From: an uncultured Actinomycetes bacterium
Lineage (GTDB): Bacteria > Actinomycetota > UBA4738 > HRBIN12
NCBI GenBank assembly: GCA_963719165.1
Contig: CAVRAV010000001.1
Location: 1,829,215-1,893,214 of the forward strand
DNA length: 64,000 bases
Direction of reading: 5' to 3'
Position 1 is the first letter of the stretch, and every line of letters begins with the position of its first letter. The position numbers were made by a program, and so were the translations under genes. This document shows, piece after piece, positions 40,786 to 50,183 of the stretch. The notes below the pieces were generated by a model. It did not search any database. It saw only the letters and a program-made list of their open reading frames with translations, and was not told the DNA's origin.

Positions 40786-41090
40786 ACCGGCGCTCCGCCT
40801 TCGATGCCGCCCGAGCGGATGGCGGCGCGAAGGACGTCTTCCGTCCAAGCCTCCTCCAGCGCCTCGGCGGCCGCCGACACCTCGGCATCGAGGTCGTCGC
40901 CGCACGCGCGCTTGTCCATACGCATCTGCTCGGTGTAGTCGTCCGACCCGATCAGGCCCGCCACCATCGCCGCGGCATCCACGGCCTCTTGGAACCGCTC
41001 CGGCAGGAGGGCGCGGGCACTCGTGCCCTCGCCGCGCGCCACGATCTGCATCGGGATGTCGCGCCAACGGATGACGGTCAGGTCGGCCAC
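40782..41090 (-). CDS. Small conserved hypothetical protein (102 aa) embedded in the corrinoid methyltransferase operon
   Basis: GTG at 41090 with a strong GAGAGGAG 5 nt upstream. The stop overlaps the mtgA-like start (ATGA). The product is VADLTVIRWRDIPMQIVARGEG.... It may be related to the small 'virulence factor' domain proteins seen next to MttB clusters. That is from memory, unverified. Confidence 0.55.
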   Translation of the reverse strand: MADLTVIRWRDIPMQIVARGEGTSARALLPERFQEAVDAAAMVAGLIGSDDYTEQMRMDKRACGDDLDAEVSAAAEALEEAWTEDVLRAAIRSGGIEGGAPV

Positions 41091-41109
41091 GGGGTCTCCT
41101 CTCGGTGGC

Positions 41110-41802
41110 TCAGGACGCCATCGCCCGTTTGGCGATCACGAGCGCTTGCGCGGTCTCGGCCGCCACGGCGGCGTCGCGACAGTAGGCATCGGCGCCCACG
41201 GCCTTGCCGAACTCTTCGTTCAACGGCGCTCCTCCGACGAGCACGATGTAGCGCTCGCGCATGCCCCGCGCCGCGAGCTCGTCGATCACGACCTTCATGT
41301 AAGGCATGGTGGTGGTGAGGAGCGCGCTCATCCCCAGGATGTCGGGTTCGTGCTCCTCCAGCGCGGCGAGGTAGTTCTCGACGGGGTTGTTGATGCCCAG
41401 GTCGATGACTTCGAACCCCGCCCCTTCCAGCATCATCGCCACGAGGTTCTTCCCGATGTCGTGGATGTCGCCCTTCACCGTCCCGATCACGACCTTGCCG
41501 ATCGGCTCTGCGCCGGTCTCGGCCAGCAGGGGACGCAGGATCGCCATACCGGACTTCATGGCGTTCGCCGCGAGGAGCACCTCGGGAACGAACAGGATCC
41601 CGTCGCGAAAATCGATGCCCACGATCCGCATGCCCTCGACCAGCGCGTCGTTCAACACGCGGTCGGCCGCCCACCCCCGGCCCAACAGGAGGTTCGTGCC
41701 CTCGACGATCTCCTCGGCGAGACCGTCGTAGAGGTCGTCGTGCATCTGGCTCACGAGCTCGTCGTCCGGCAGGGACGAGAGGTCGAGTTCCTGGTCGCTC
41801 AT
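41110..41802 (-). CDS. Cobalamin (B12)-binding corrinoid protein (MtgC/MttC-like)
   Basis: ATG at 41802 after AGGAG. The B12 lower-ligand motif DxHxxG is GDIHDIGKN, followed by the Rossmann-like B12-binding domain. Confidence 0.85.
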   Translation of the reverse strand: MSDQELDLSSLPDDELVSQMHDDLYDGLAEEIVEGTNLLLGRGWAADRVLNDALVEGMRIVGIDFRDGILFVPEVLLAANAMKSGMAILRPLLAETGAEPIGKVVIGTVKGDIHDIGKNLVAMMLEGAGFEVIDLGINNPVENYLAALEEHEPDILGMSALLTTTMPYMKVVIDELAARGMRERYIVLVGGAPLNEEFGKAVGADAYCRDAAVAAETAQALVIAKRAMAS

Positions 41803-41811
41803 GATCGGCTC

Positions 41812-44289
41812 CTATGCCTTGAGTCGTTCGCCCTTGGGGTCCCACAACGGTTCGTTGCCGACGGTCGCGGCGTGCCGCACGCCGAAGTACTCGACCTCCA
41901 CGGCGGTCCCGGCCACGGCCGCCTCGGCGGGGAGGTAGCCGTACGCGATGCCCCTGCCCACCGCGTAGCCGTAGGCCGCCGACGTCACGTAACCCGCGAC
42001 ACGCCCTTCGTGCCAGATCGGCTCGTAGCCCATCACCACGACGCGCGGGTCGTCGAGGGTGATGCACGACAGTCGCCGCGGGGGACCACCGGCATCGCGG
42101 ATCGCCTCGAGCGCGGCTCGCCCCTGGAACTCCTTGTCCCAGTGAACGGCGAAGCCGAGGCCCGCCTCCAGCGGATCGTGCTCGGTGTTGATGTCCTGGC
42201 CCCAGAGCCGGTATCCCTTCTCCAGGCGCAGGGAATCGAACGCACCGCTGCCGGCCGCCACCATGCCGTGCTCGATGCCCGCGCGCCAGAGCAGGTCCCA
42301 CACCCGGTCCCCCATCGCGAACTGGCCGTAGAGCTCCCATCCGAGTTCCCCGGCGTAGCTGATGCGCTGCGCCCACACGGGGCTCACCTCCCCGACGTTC
42401 AGGTACCGGGCGGTGAGGTACGGGAAGGCGTCGTTGGCAACGTCGGCGTCGGTCACCCGCTCGAGGATGTCTCGCGCCCGTGGTCCCCACAGCCCCAACG
42501 CGAACAGCGAGCCTGTGCGCTCGCTGATCGTGACCCGTTCGTCGGCGCGGATCTGCGACCGCAACCACGCGACGTCGTGCGGACCGCTACCGCCGCCGGT
42601 CACGAGGCGGAACAGCCGCTCGTCCTTGCGGATCACGGTGAGATCCAGCCGGATGCCGCCCTTCGGCGTGAGCGCGGCCGTGTAGACGATCGAACCCACC
42701 GGTCGATCGATGCGGTTGGCGAAGATCCGCTCCAGGTAGGAGAGCGCATCCGGGCCCGACACGTCGAACTTCGCGAACGGCGTGATGTCGAACAGCCCGG
42801 CGTGCGAGCGCGTGGCGAGATGCTCGGCGCCCACCTCGGGCGACCACCCGCGCGCCGCCCACCCCGACCGGCGAGCCCATTCATGAGCGACGCCGCCGAC
42901 GAGCGCCCGATTCTCGCGGAACCAGCGCGGGCGCTCCCAGCCGGCGCTCGTGAAGAACTCGGCGCCCAACCCCAGGTGCCGAGCGAAGAACGGCGTGAGC
43001 CGCAGGTCGCGTGGTCTCGCCGGCTGTTGCAGCGGGTGGATGATGTCGTACACCTCGCGGTACTGCTGCTTCCCCCGCTCCACGACGAAGGGCGCCGACG
43101 TCTGGAACGGGTAGAACCGGTTGGCGTCGGCCTCGGCGAGGTCGTAGGAGGGCTCGCCCTCGACCATCCACTCGGCGACCTGCCGCGCCATGCCGGCCGC
43201 GTGGGTCACCCAGACGGCCTCGCACACCCACACGCCGCGCGTGGACGCGCTCTCGCCCACCACGGAACCACCGTCAGGGGTGAAGCTGAACATCCCGTTC
43301 AGCGACCGGGCCGGATCGCTCGGGCGCATCGTGCCGCGCAACGCCGGGAACAGCCGTCCGGCCTCGGCCTCGCACACGTCGAAGTCGTCGGGGGTCCAGG
43401 GCATCAACGACGGCATCGCCCCCTCGCCTGTCCGCCGGATCTCCTCCTGCGGCGTGACGATGGGTTCGTGGCGATAGTTCCCCACACCGAAGTGGTCGCC
43501 GCGCTGGCGGAAGTACGAAGAGCCGTCCTGATGCCGCACCACGGGCTGCTGCATCCAGGTGTCCCCAACGAGCGCCTCGAGGCCGGGGACCGGATCCGTC
43601 CACACGAGCTGGTGCTGCACGGCCACGAGCGGGATCGGCACGCCGGCGAGGGCACCGACGGTAGGCCCCCAGAGCCCCGCGCAGATCAAGACGCGGTCGC
43701 ATTCGATCCGCCCCCGGTCGGTCTCGACGGCGCGCACGCGCCCGTCCCGCCGGTCGAAGCCCGTCACGCTCACGCCGCCCTCGAACGCCACTCCGCGAGA
43801 CTCCGCATCGCGCGCCAGCCGCGTCACGATCTGCACCGACTTGGCAGCGCCGTCGCTCGGGACCCAGAGCGCCGCCAGGATCGATCCCGGGTCGAGCAGC
43901 GGGCTCTTTTGAGCGGCCTCCTCGGGCTCCAGGAGCCCGGATCCATCGATCCCGTAGGAACGGGCGAACCCCTGTCTACGCTTGAGCTCTTCGACCCGCT
44001 CGGGCGTGGTCGCGACCTCGAGACTCCCCGTCCCGTACCAGCATCGCTCGCCGTCGAGGTCGATGTCCGCGTAGAGGCCCACCGAGTCGCCGGCGAGGCG
44101 GCACATCGTTCGCGACGGGTTGATCTGGAACACGATCCCCGGGGCGTGCGATGTCGAGCCGCCGGTCGCGAACAGCGGCCCCTGATCGATCACGAGGACG
44201 TCGCTCGCGCCGAGGTTCGCGAGGTGATAGGCGGCGCTCACGCCCACGATCCCGGCGCCGACGATCACGGTCTGGGCTCGGTCCCGCAT
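41812..44289 (-). CDS. Dimethylglycine/sarcosine dehydrogenase-family flavoenzyme (second copy), first gene of the corrinoid operon
   Basis: ATG at 44289 after GAGGAG. TVIVGAGIVGVSAAYHL marks the FAD site. The C-terminal GcvT domain has ...YAGELGWELY.... The ORF is 825 aa. Confidence 0.85.
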   Translation of the reverse strand: MRDRAQTVIVGAGIVGVSAAYHLANLGASDVLVIDQGPLFATGGSTSHAPGIVFQINPSRTMCRLAGDSVGLYADIDLDGERCWYGTGSLEVATTPERVEELKRRQGFARSYGIDGSGLLEPEEAAQKSPLLDPGSILAALWVPSDGAAKSVQIVTRLARDAESRGVAFEGGVSVTGFDRRDGRVRAVETDRGRIECDRVLICAGLWGPTVGALAGVPIPLVAVQHQLVWTDPVPGLEALVGDTWMQQPVVRHQDGSSYFRQRGDHFGVGNYRHEPIVTPQEEIRRTGEGAMPSLMPWTPDDFDVCEAEAGRLFPALRGTMRPSDPARSLNGMFSFTPDGGSVVGESASTRGVWVCEAVWVTHAAGMARQVAEWMVEGEPSYDLAEADANRFYPFQTSAPFVVERGKQQYREVYDIIHPLQQPARPRDLRLTPFFARHLGLGAEFFTSAGWERPRWFRENRALVGGVAHEWARRSGWAARGWSPEVGAEHLATRSHAGLFDITPFAKFDVSGPDALSYLERIFANRIDRPVGSIVYTAALTPKGGIRLDLTVIRKDERLFRLVTGGGSGPHDVAWLRSQIRADERVTISERTGSLFALGLWGPRARDILERVTDADVANDAFPYLTARYLNVGEVSPVWAQRISYAGELGWELYGQFAMGDRVWDLLWRAGIEHGMVAAGSGAFDSLRLEKGYRLWGQDINTEHDPLEAGLGFAVHWDKEFQGRAALEAIRDAGGPPRRLSCITLDDPRVVVMGYEPIWHEGRVAGYVTSAAYGYAVGRGIAYGYLPAEAAVAGTAVEVEYFGVRHAATVGNEPLWDPKGERLKA

Positions 44290-44395
44290 GTCGCTCCTCA
44301 GCGCGGCTCCTCGCCGCGACCCCGCGATGTTCTCACCCACCGTTGCGGCAGCAAGGCTCCAGTTGCGCGCACAGCAACACGACAGCCCCCGCCGT

Positions 44396-45844
44396 TCAGC
44401 CCAGGTTGAGCACCACCGTCTTCAGCTCGGTGAGCCGCTCCATCGAGAAGCGCCCGCCGACCCGGCCGACGCCGCTGCGAGAGCCCGCGCCCCCGCCGAA
44501 CGGCAGGTGCGGCTCCCAGTAGTTCGTGCCCTCGTTCACGTTCACCCACCCGGCGCGCACCGACTCCGCGTAACGCAGTCCACGCTGCAGGTCCGCCGTG
44601 AAGATCGCGGTGAGCAGGCCGTAGGGCGACGCGTTGACGAGCGCGATCGCCTCGTCCTCGTGGCGGATGGCCGTGATGGGCACCACGGGCCCGAACGTCT
44701 CCTCGCGTGCCACCTCCATCTCCTGCGTGACGCCTTCGAGGACGGTTGCCTCGAAGAACAGGTCGCTGCCGTGTTGGGGGGCTCGCTCGCCGCCCGCGAG
44801 CACGGTGGCGCCCCGGTCGAGGGCGTCCCGCACGTGACGTTGGGTCTTGTCCGCGGTGGCTTCGTTGTTCAGCGGCCCCATCGTCGTGGCGTCGTCGAAC
44901 GGATCGCCGAGATGGATCCGCTCCGCCACCGCCGCGACAAGCTTGCCCACGTATGCGTCCTTCACGTCCGCATGCACGAGGATGCGCTCCCCGGCGGTAC
45001 AGCTCTGTCCCGCGTTGAGGTAGGCCGCCACCAGCGTCGCATCGACCGCCGCGTCGAGGTCGGCGTCCTCCATGATCACGAGAGGGCCGTTGCCTCCCAT
45101 CTCGAGCAAGAGGTCCTTGCCGGCCGCGCGCGCGGCCACCGTCAGCCCGGTGGCGATCGAACCGATGAACCCGACCGCCTGCGTGCCGGGGTTCGCTGCG
45201 AGCTCGTCGCCCACCACCGGGCCGGCGCCCGTCACCATGTTCACCACCCCGGGCGGCACCTCGGCCGCCTCGAGACAGCGGATGAGCTCGACCGCGCAGA
45301 GGGACGTGCTGGGGGCGGGCGCCCACGCCACGGTGTTCCCGTACGCGATGGCCGGTGCGAGGATCTCCCCCGGCATCGTGTAGGGCCAGTTCCACGGGCT
45401 GATCACAGAGACGACGCCACGCGGGACCCGCTGCAGGAGCACACGTTTGGCGGGGTCCACGGACGGCGGCAGCACGCCCTCCATGCGCACCGCGTCGGCC
45501 GCAGCCATCTCGAAGTACGCGATCAGTTCCTCGACCTCGTCGCGCGCCTCGGCGGCCAACGGCTTCCCCTGGTCCGACGAGAGCACGCGCGCCATCGCCT
45601 CTCGGCGCTCGTCGATGGCCGCCGCCACACGCCGCAAGAGGGCCGCCCGGGCGAACGGGCCGGCGGCCGACCACGCGGGGAAGGCCACGCGCGCGGCCTC
45701 GATCGCCCGCCGGGCATCGCCGCGCGTCCCGGCCGCGACGGAGCCGATCACGGCGCCCGTTGACGGGCTCGTGGACTCGAACGTCGCGCCGTCCTCGGCC
45801 GGGCCCCAGGCGCCGCCGATGTACAGGCCGATCTCGTGCCCCAT
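44396..45844 (-). CDS. Aldehyde dehydrogenase (candidate betaine-aldehyde dehydrogenase)
   Basis: MGHEIGLYIGGAW...VISPWNWP...EMGGNGP...NAGQSCTAGERI shows the catalytic Cys and Glu motifs. Its position between the ProVWX-like genes and the GB operon suggests a BetB role. Confidence 0.75.
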   Translation of the reverse strand: MGHEIGLYIGGAWGPAEDGATFESTSPSTGAVIGSVAAGTRGDARRAIEAARVAFPAWSAAGPFARAALLRRVAAAIDERREAMARVLSSDQGKPLAAEARDEVEELIAYFEMAAADAVRMEGVLPPSVDPAKRVLLQRVPRGVVSVISPWNWPYTMPGEILAPAIAYGNTVAWAPAPSTSLCAVELIRCLEAAEVPPGVVNMVTGAGPVVGDELAANPGTQAVGFIGSIATGLTVAARAAGKDLLLEMGGNGPLVIMEDADLDAAVDATLVAAYLNAGQSCTAGERILVHADVKDAYVGKLVAAVAERIHLGDPFDDATTMGPLNNEATADKTQRHVRDALDRGATVLAGGERAPQHGSDLFFEATVLEGVTQEMEVAREETFGPVVPITAIRHEDEAIALVNASPYGLLTAIFTADLQRGLRYAESVRAGWVNVNEGTNYWEPHLPFGGGAGSRSGVGRVGGRFSMERLTELKTVVLNLG

Positions 45845-45920
45845 GGCTTCGCGGCTCCCTCCCGGCGCACGCGGGGCGGCCGAAGGCCGCCCCGACCGTG
45901 CGTCATGCGCGCCGGACGAG

Positions 45921-46934
45921 CTACGCCGGCTGCGCCGCCATCCCGGCGTCCACCCACGGCTGCCAGACCTGCGGGTTCTGGTCGATCCAGTCCTGAGCGG
46001 CCTTCGCTGGGTCATCCCCCTTGCTGATGCCCAGGCCGATGATGTTCTGGTCGTCGTTCGTGTAGGTCATCGCGCTCAAGAAGGCGAAGGCGGCCGGCGC
46101 CTTCGTCTGGAGATCCTGGTTGAAGGCCTTGTAGAGGTCGTCCTGCGGGTAGGCGCACGCGTACTTGGTGGCGTCATCCGCCGCCGCCTGCTCGCAGGCG
46201 GGCGTGACGTCGGGCAGCTTCATCATGGTCAGGTCGTACTTCTGCTGGGCCCAGTGGGGCGTCCAGAAGTACATCAGGATGGGGCCCTTCTTCTGGTACG
46301 CGGCGTCGAGGGCGGACAGCTCCGCGTCCTCCGAACCGCCGTACACGACCTTCATGTTGAGACCGAGGTTGTCGGCGATGGGCTGGTCGAAGGTCACGAA
46401 GCTCGGATCGCCGTCGAGGATCTGACCCTGGCCCGGCGTCTCGCTGGTCTGGAACAGGGTCTCGTTGCCCTTCAGGCCCTCCCAGGTCTTGAGCTCGGGA
46501 TGGGTGTCCAGCATGTAGGTCGGGAACCACCAGCCGATCTGACCGGTCACCCCGAGCAGTCCCCCGTCCACCACGCCGTTGCCGGATTCGATGTACTTCT
46601 TGTAGTCCTCCGCGTGCCCGGACGGCCACACCTCGAGGGTGGCGTCGATCTGCCCCTTCGCGATCGCGGGGAACTGCGCGTACTCGGAGATCTTCTTGCT
46701 GTCCACCGCGTAGCCGAGCTTGTCCTGCAGCAGCTGCTCCGCCACGGCGACGTTGGCGGCCGACCCGACCCACGGGTTGATCGCGAACGTGATCGTCGTA
46801 CCGGAGTTGTCGGGCGCGGAACTCCCCGACGCGCTCCCCGACGCGCTCGAGTTGTCTTTCACGTCGCTGCAGGCGCTCATGAGCAACACGATCGCCACCG
46901 CGAACGCACCGATCGCCCAACCTCGCTTGGTCAT
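45921..46934 (-). CDS. Glycine betaine/proline betaine ABC transporter substrate-binding lipoprotein (ProX/OpuAC-like)
   Basis: ATG at 46934 after GAGGAG. MTKRGWAIGAFAVAIVLLMSAC is a lipobox, followed by an OpuAC-family domain. Confidence 0.8.
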   Translation of the reverse strand: MTKRGWAIGAFAVAIVLLMSACSDVKDNSSASGSASGSSAPDNSGTTITFAINPWVGSAANVAVAEQLLQDKLGYAVDSKKISEYAQFPAIAKGQIDATLEVWPSGHAEDYKKYIESGNGVVDGGLLGVTGQIGWWFPTYMLDTHPELKTWEGLKGNETLFQTSETPGQGQILDGDPSFVTFDQPIADNLGLNMKVVYGGSEDAELSALDAAYQKKGPILMYFWTPHWAQQKYDLTMMKLPDVTPACEQAAADDATKYACAYPQDDLYKAFNQDLQTKAPAAFAFLSAMTYTNDDQNIIGLGISKGDDPAKAAQDWIDQNPQVWQPWVDAGMAAQPA

Positions 46935-46945
46935 CCCTGCTCCTC

Positions 46946-49018
46946 TCATCGCGAACCTTCCCCTTCTCCTACGTCGTCGGCTGCCCCTCGGGACGGGGCC
47001 ATCACCGAACGCTCCTGATGCCCCGACGCCCTTCCGGTGGCCGAAGCCTGGCCGAGCGCCTGGGTGATCCGGTCGATCACGATGGCCATCAACAAGATCG
47101 CGACGCCGGCGACGACGCCCAGACCCGGATCGTGCGACAGCCCGTTGACGATCAGGTAACCGAGGCCCGCGCCGCCGACGAGACCCGCGATGATCACGAC
47201 GGAGAAGACCATGATGACGGTCTGGTTCACGCCGAGCAGGATCGAGGGGCGGGCGAGCGGGAGCTGCACCTTCCACAACGTCTGCGCCGGGGTCGCGCCG
47301 AAGGCGTCGGACGCCTCGACGATGTCCTTGGGGACCTCACGGATGCCCAGGTCCGTGAGCCGTACGCCTGGCGGCAGCGCATAGACGAGGGCCGCGATCA
47401 CGCCGGGGACCCTCCCCACCCCGAACAGCGCGACGGCCGGCACTAGGTAGACGAACTGCGGCATCGTCTGCATCGTGTCGAGGATGGGCTTGAGGACCGC
47501 GTGGACGCGGTCGCTCGTGCCCGACCAGATCCCGAGCGGGATGGCGAGCACCACCGAGGCGACGACCGCCACCAGGACCTGGCTGAGCGTGTTCATGGCG
47601 GGGTCCCACATCCCGATGACACCGACGCCGGCCAGCAGGAGGAACGCGAGCAGCGGGAGCGTCCATCGCCTCGAGACCGCCCAGCCGATCAGCGCCGCGA
47701 AACCGCAGACCATCCACCAGGGCAAGCCGGTGAGCAGCTTGAAGAGGGGGTCGAGGGCATAGCGGATCGTCGCACCCGTGAGGGCGGTGGTGGCTCCCCC
47801 GAACGTTCGGAGCACCCAGGACTCGGCCTGGTTCACGGGCGCCGAGATCGAGACCGCGAGCGATGACGGGAAGTCTTGCTGACGGAGCACCTGGCGCCCG
47901 ATGAAGATCGCCGCGATCACCGCCACCACGGCCACGACCAGGATCATGCGTCGCGACACGACGACGCCCAGGATGCGCGAACCGCTCGACCCGCGCCGGA
48001 CCCGATCGCGCAGGCTCCACGAGAAGGTCACGCGATCGAAGACGATGGCCATGGCCACGATGGCGAGCCCGGCCGCGAGCGCCTCGCCCACGTTCAAGGT
48101 GCTGAGGGCATCGAGCACCGACTGACCCAGCCCCCCCGCGCCGATGGTGGCCGCGAGGACCACGATCCCCAGCGCCATCATGATGCTCTGGTTCACGCCG
48201 AGCATCACGGACGGCTTCGCGAGCGGGAGCTGGACCTTGCGAAGCATCTGTCGCGAGGTCGCGCCGAAGGAACGGCCCACCTCGAGCGAACCTTCCGACA
48301 CCTGCTTGATCCCGAGGCTAGTGAGCCGGATCGCGGGCGGGATCGCGAAGATGACCGTCGCCGCGATCGAGGGCGGAGCCCCGATGCCGAGCAGCAGCGC
48401 GAAGGGCACGAAGTAGGAGAACGCCGGGATGGTTTGCATCGCGTCGAGGATTGGGCGCAGGGCTCGCTCCACCCGCGGATGACGCCCGGCCCAGATCCCC
48501 ATCGGAAGCCCCACCGCGACCGAGATCGCGACCGAGATCGCGATCAGGGCCAGGGTCTCCAGGCTGGCCTCCCAGAATCCGAGCACGCCGAAGGACAGGA
48601 ATCCGACGGCGGCGAGGACGCCCATGCGCCAGCCCGCGAGCACGCCGGCGACGGCGGCCGCGAGCGTCACCACCCCGACCCAGGTCAGGCGGGAGAGGAA
48701 CAGGACGAGGTTGTCGTACAGGGACTGGAACGCCGTCTGCATCGGCGTGAGCACGTGTACGAAGAAGGCGTTCGTGCGCTGGTTGTCGATGACCCAGTTC
48801 ACGAAATCGTTGAACGGTTTCGCGGCGTCGACCGTCAGGCTCTTCGGGAAGCCGGGCGTGAGCTGAAGGCCGACGATGACGGCGACGACGACACCCGCGA
48901 TCCACACCAAGCGTCGGCGCCAGCGAGGCCGGGCACGGAAGACGAGGTCGCTCCGTTCCGCGGCCTCCTCGCGCTCGAGCTCGCCCAGGCCGGAGGACGG
49001 CGGTGCTTCAACCGTCAC
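46946..49018 (-). CDS. Glycine betaine ABC transporter permease with two fused TMDs (ProW/OpuAB-like)
   Basis: 690 aa. Two repeated permease modules each carry the EAA-like loop (...LGATSRQMLRKVQLPLAKP... and ...FGATPAQTLWKVQLPLARP...). The GTGA overlaps the proV stop. Confidence 0.8.
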   Translation of the reverse strand: MTVEAPPSSGLGELEREEAAERSDLVFRARPRWRRRLVWIAGVVVAVIVGLQLTPGFPKSLTVDAAKPFNDFVNWVIDNQRTNAFFVHVLTPMQTAFQSLYDNLVLFLSRLTWVGVVTLAAAVAGVLAGWRMGVLAAVGFLSFGVLGFWEASLETLALIAISVAISVAVGLPMGIWAGRHPRVERALRPILDAMQTIPAFSYFVPFALLLGIGAPPSIAATVIFAIPPAIRLTSLGIKQVSEGSLEVGRSFGATSRQMLRKVQLPLAKPSVMLGVNQSIMMALGIVVLAATIGAGGLGQSVLDALSTLNVGEALAAGLAIVAMAIVFDRVTFSWSLRDRVRRGSSGSRILGVVVSRRMILVVAVVAVIAAIFIGRQVLRQQDFPSSLAVSISAPVNQAESWVLRTFGGATTALTGATIRYALDPLFKLLTGLPWWMVCGFAALIGWAVSRRWTLPLLAFLLLAGVGVIGMWDPAMNTLSQVLVAVVASVVLAIPLGIWSGTSDRVHAVLKPILDTMQTMPQFVYLVPAVALFGVGRVPGVIAALVYALPPGVRLTDLGIREVPKDIVEASDAFGATPAQTLWKVQLPLARPSILLGVNQTVIMVFSVVIIAGLVGGAGLGYLIVNGLSHDPGLGVVAGVAILLMAIVIDRITQALGQASATGRASGHQERSVMAPSRGAADDVGEGEGSR

Positions 49019-50043
49019 GAGGCCTCGTCTTCCACCATCGCGGCCAGCACGGCGGCGCGGTCCACCGTCCCGACCTGCGCCCCGTCGCTCACGACCCGGA
49101 AGGGACGGTCTTCGTCAACCAATCGCGGGAGCACGTCGCGCACGACCGTCGTCGCCTCCACGTCGCCCGCATAGGTCGCCCCTCCGTTCGCCGAACGCAT
49201 GATCGTGCGCACCGTGAGCACATGGGTGCGCGGGATATCGCGCGTGAAGTCGGCGACGTAGTCGTCTGCCGGGGATGCCACGACCTCCTCGGGCGTGCCC
49301 ACCTGCACGAAGTGCCCGTCCTTCATGATCGCGATCCGGTCTCCGAGCTTGAGGGCCTCCATCAGGTCGTGGGTGATGAAGATCATGGTCTTCTTCACCT
49401 CACGCTGGAGCCGGATGACCTCGTCCTGCATGTCGCGACGGATCAGCGGATCGAGCGCGCTGAAGGGCTCGTCGAAGAGCATGATCTCGGGGTCGGTGGC
49501 CAGCGCGCGGGCCAGCCCGACCCGTTGCTGCATCCCTCCCGACAGCTCGTCGGGGAACGACCGGCCCCACGAGCCGAGCCCCACGCGTTCGAGCACCTCC
49601 TGCGATCGCGCCGCGCGGGCACCCTTCTCCGAGCCCTGCACCTCGAGCCCGAACGCGACGTTATCCAGGATCGTGCGATGTGGAAGCAGCCCGAAGTGCT
49701 GGAACACCATGCTGATCTTGTTCCGGCGCAGCGCCCGCAGGTGCTCGGCGTCCATGGCCACGACGTCGGCTCCTTCCACGAACACCTGCCCGCTCGTGGG
49801 CTCGTGCAGGCGGTTGATCATGCGCACGAGCGTCGACTTGCCGGAGCCGGATAGGCCCATGACCACGAACACCTCGCCGGGCGCGACCTCGAAGGAGACG
49901 TCCCGCACCGCCGCGACGCAGCCGGTCTTCTCGAGGAGTTCAGAACGCGAAAGCGCCGCGTCGGCGGAGCCCACGATCTTCTCCGCCTTCGGCCCGTAGA
50001 CCTTCCAGACGTTGCGGCAAGAGACCGAGACCTTCGTGGCCAC
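49015..50043 (-). CDS. Glycine betaine ABC transporter ATP-binding protein (ProV/OpuAA-like) with a C-terminal CBS region
   Basis: GLSGSGKST is the Walker A. LSGGMQQRVGLARAL is the ABC signature. The GTG start at 50043 is approximate. The gene is divergent from betA. Confidence 0.8.
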   Translation of the reverse strand: MATKVSVSCRNVWKVYGPKAEKIVGSADAALSRSELLEKTGCVAAVRDVSFEVAPGEVFVVMGLSGSGKSTLVRMINRLHEPTSGQVFVEGADVVAMDAEHLRALRRNKISMVFQHFGLLPHRTILDNVAFGLEVQGSEKGARAARSQEVLERVGLGSWGRSFPDELSGGMQQRVGLARALATDPEIMLFDEPFSALDPLIRRDMQDEVIRLQREVKKTMIFITHDLMEALKLGDRIAIMKDGHFVQVGTPEEVVASPADDYVADFTRDIPRTHVLTVRTIMRSANGGATYAGDVEATTVVRDVLPRLVDEDRPFRVVSDGAQVGTVDRAAVLAAMVEDEAS

Positions 50044-50183
50044 GTCCAACCAGGAACCCCTCCTCCCGGTGACTCCTCGACCGTCGGATAGTGGTCCGGG
50101 GGGGTCGCGCGCGCAAGCCAGGGGTTGCGCCGTCGGCAACGGCTCGCGCGCGCAGCGCCCCACCGTGGTGCAGAATCCGCCGC

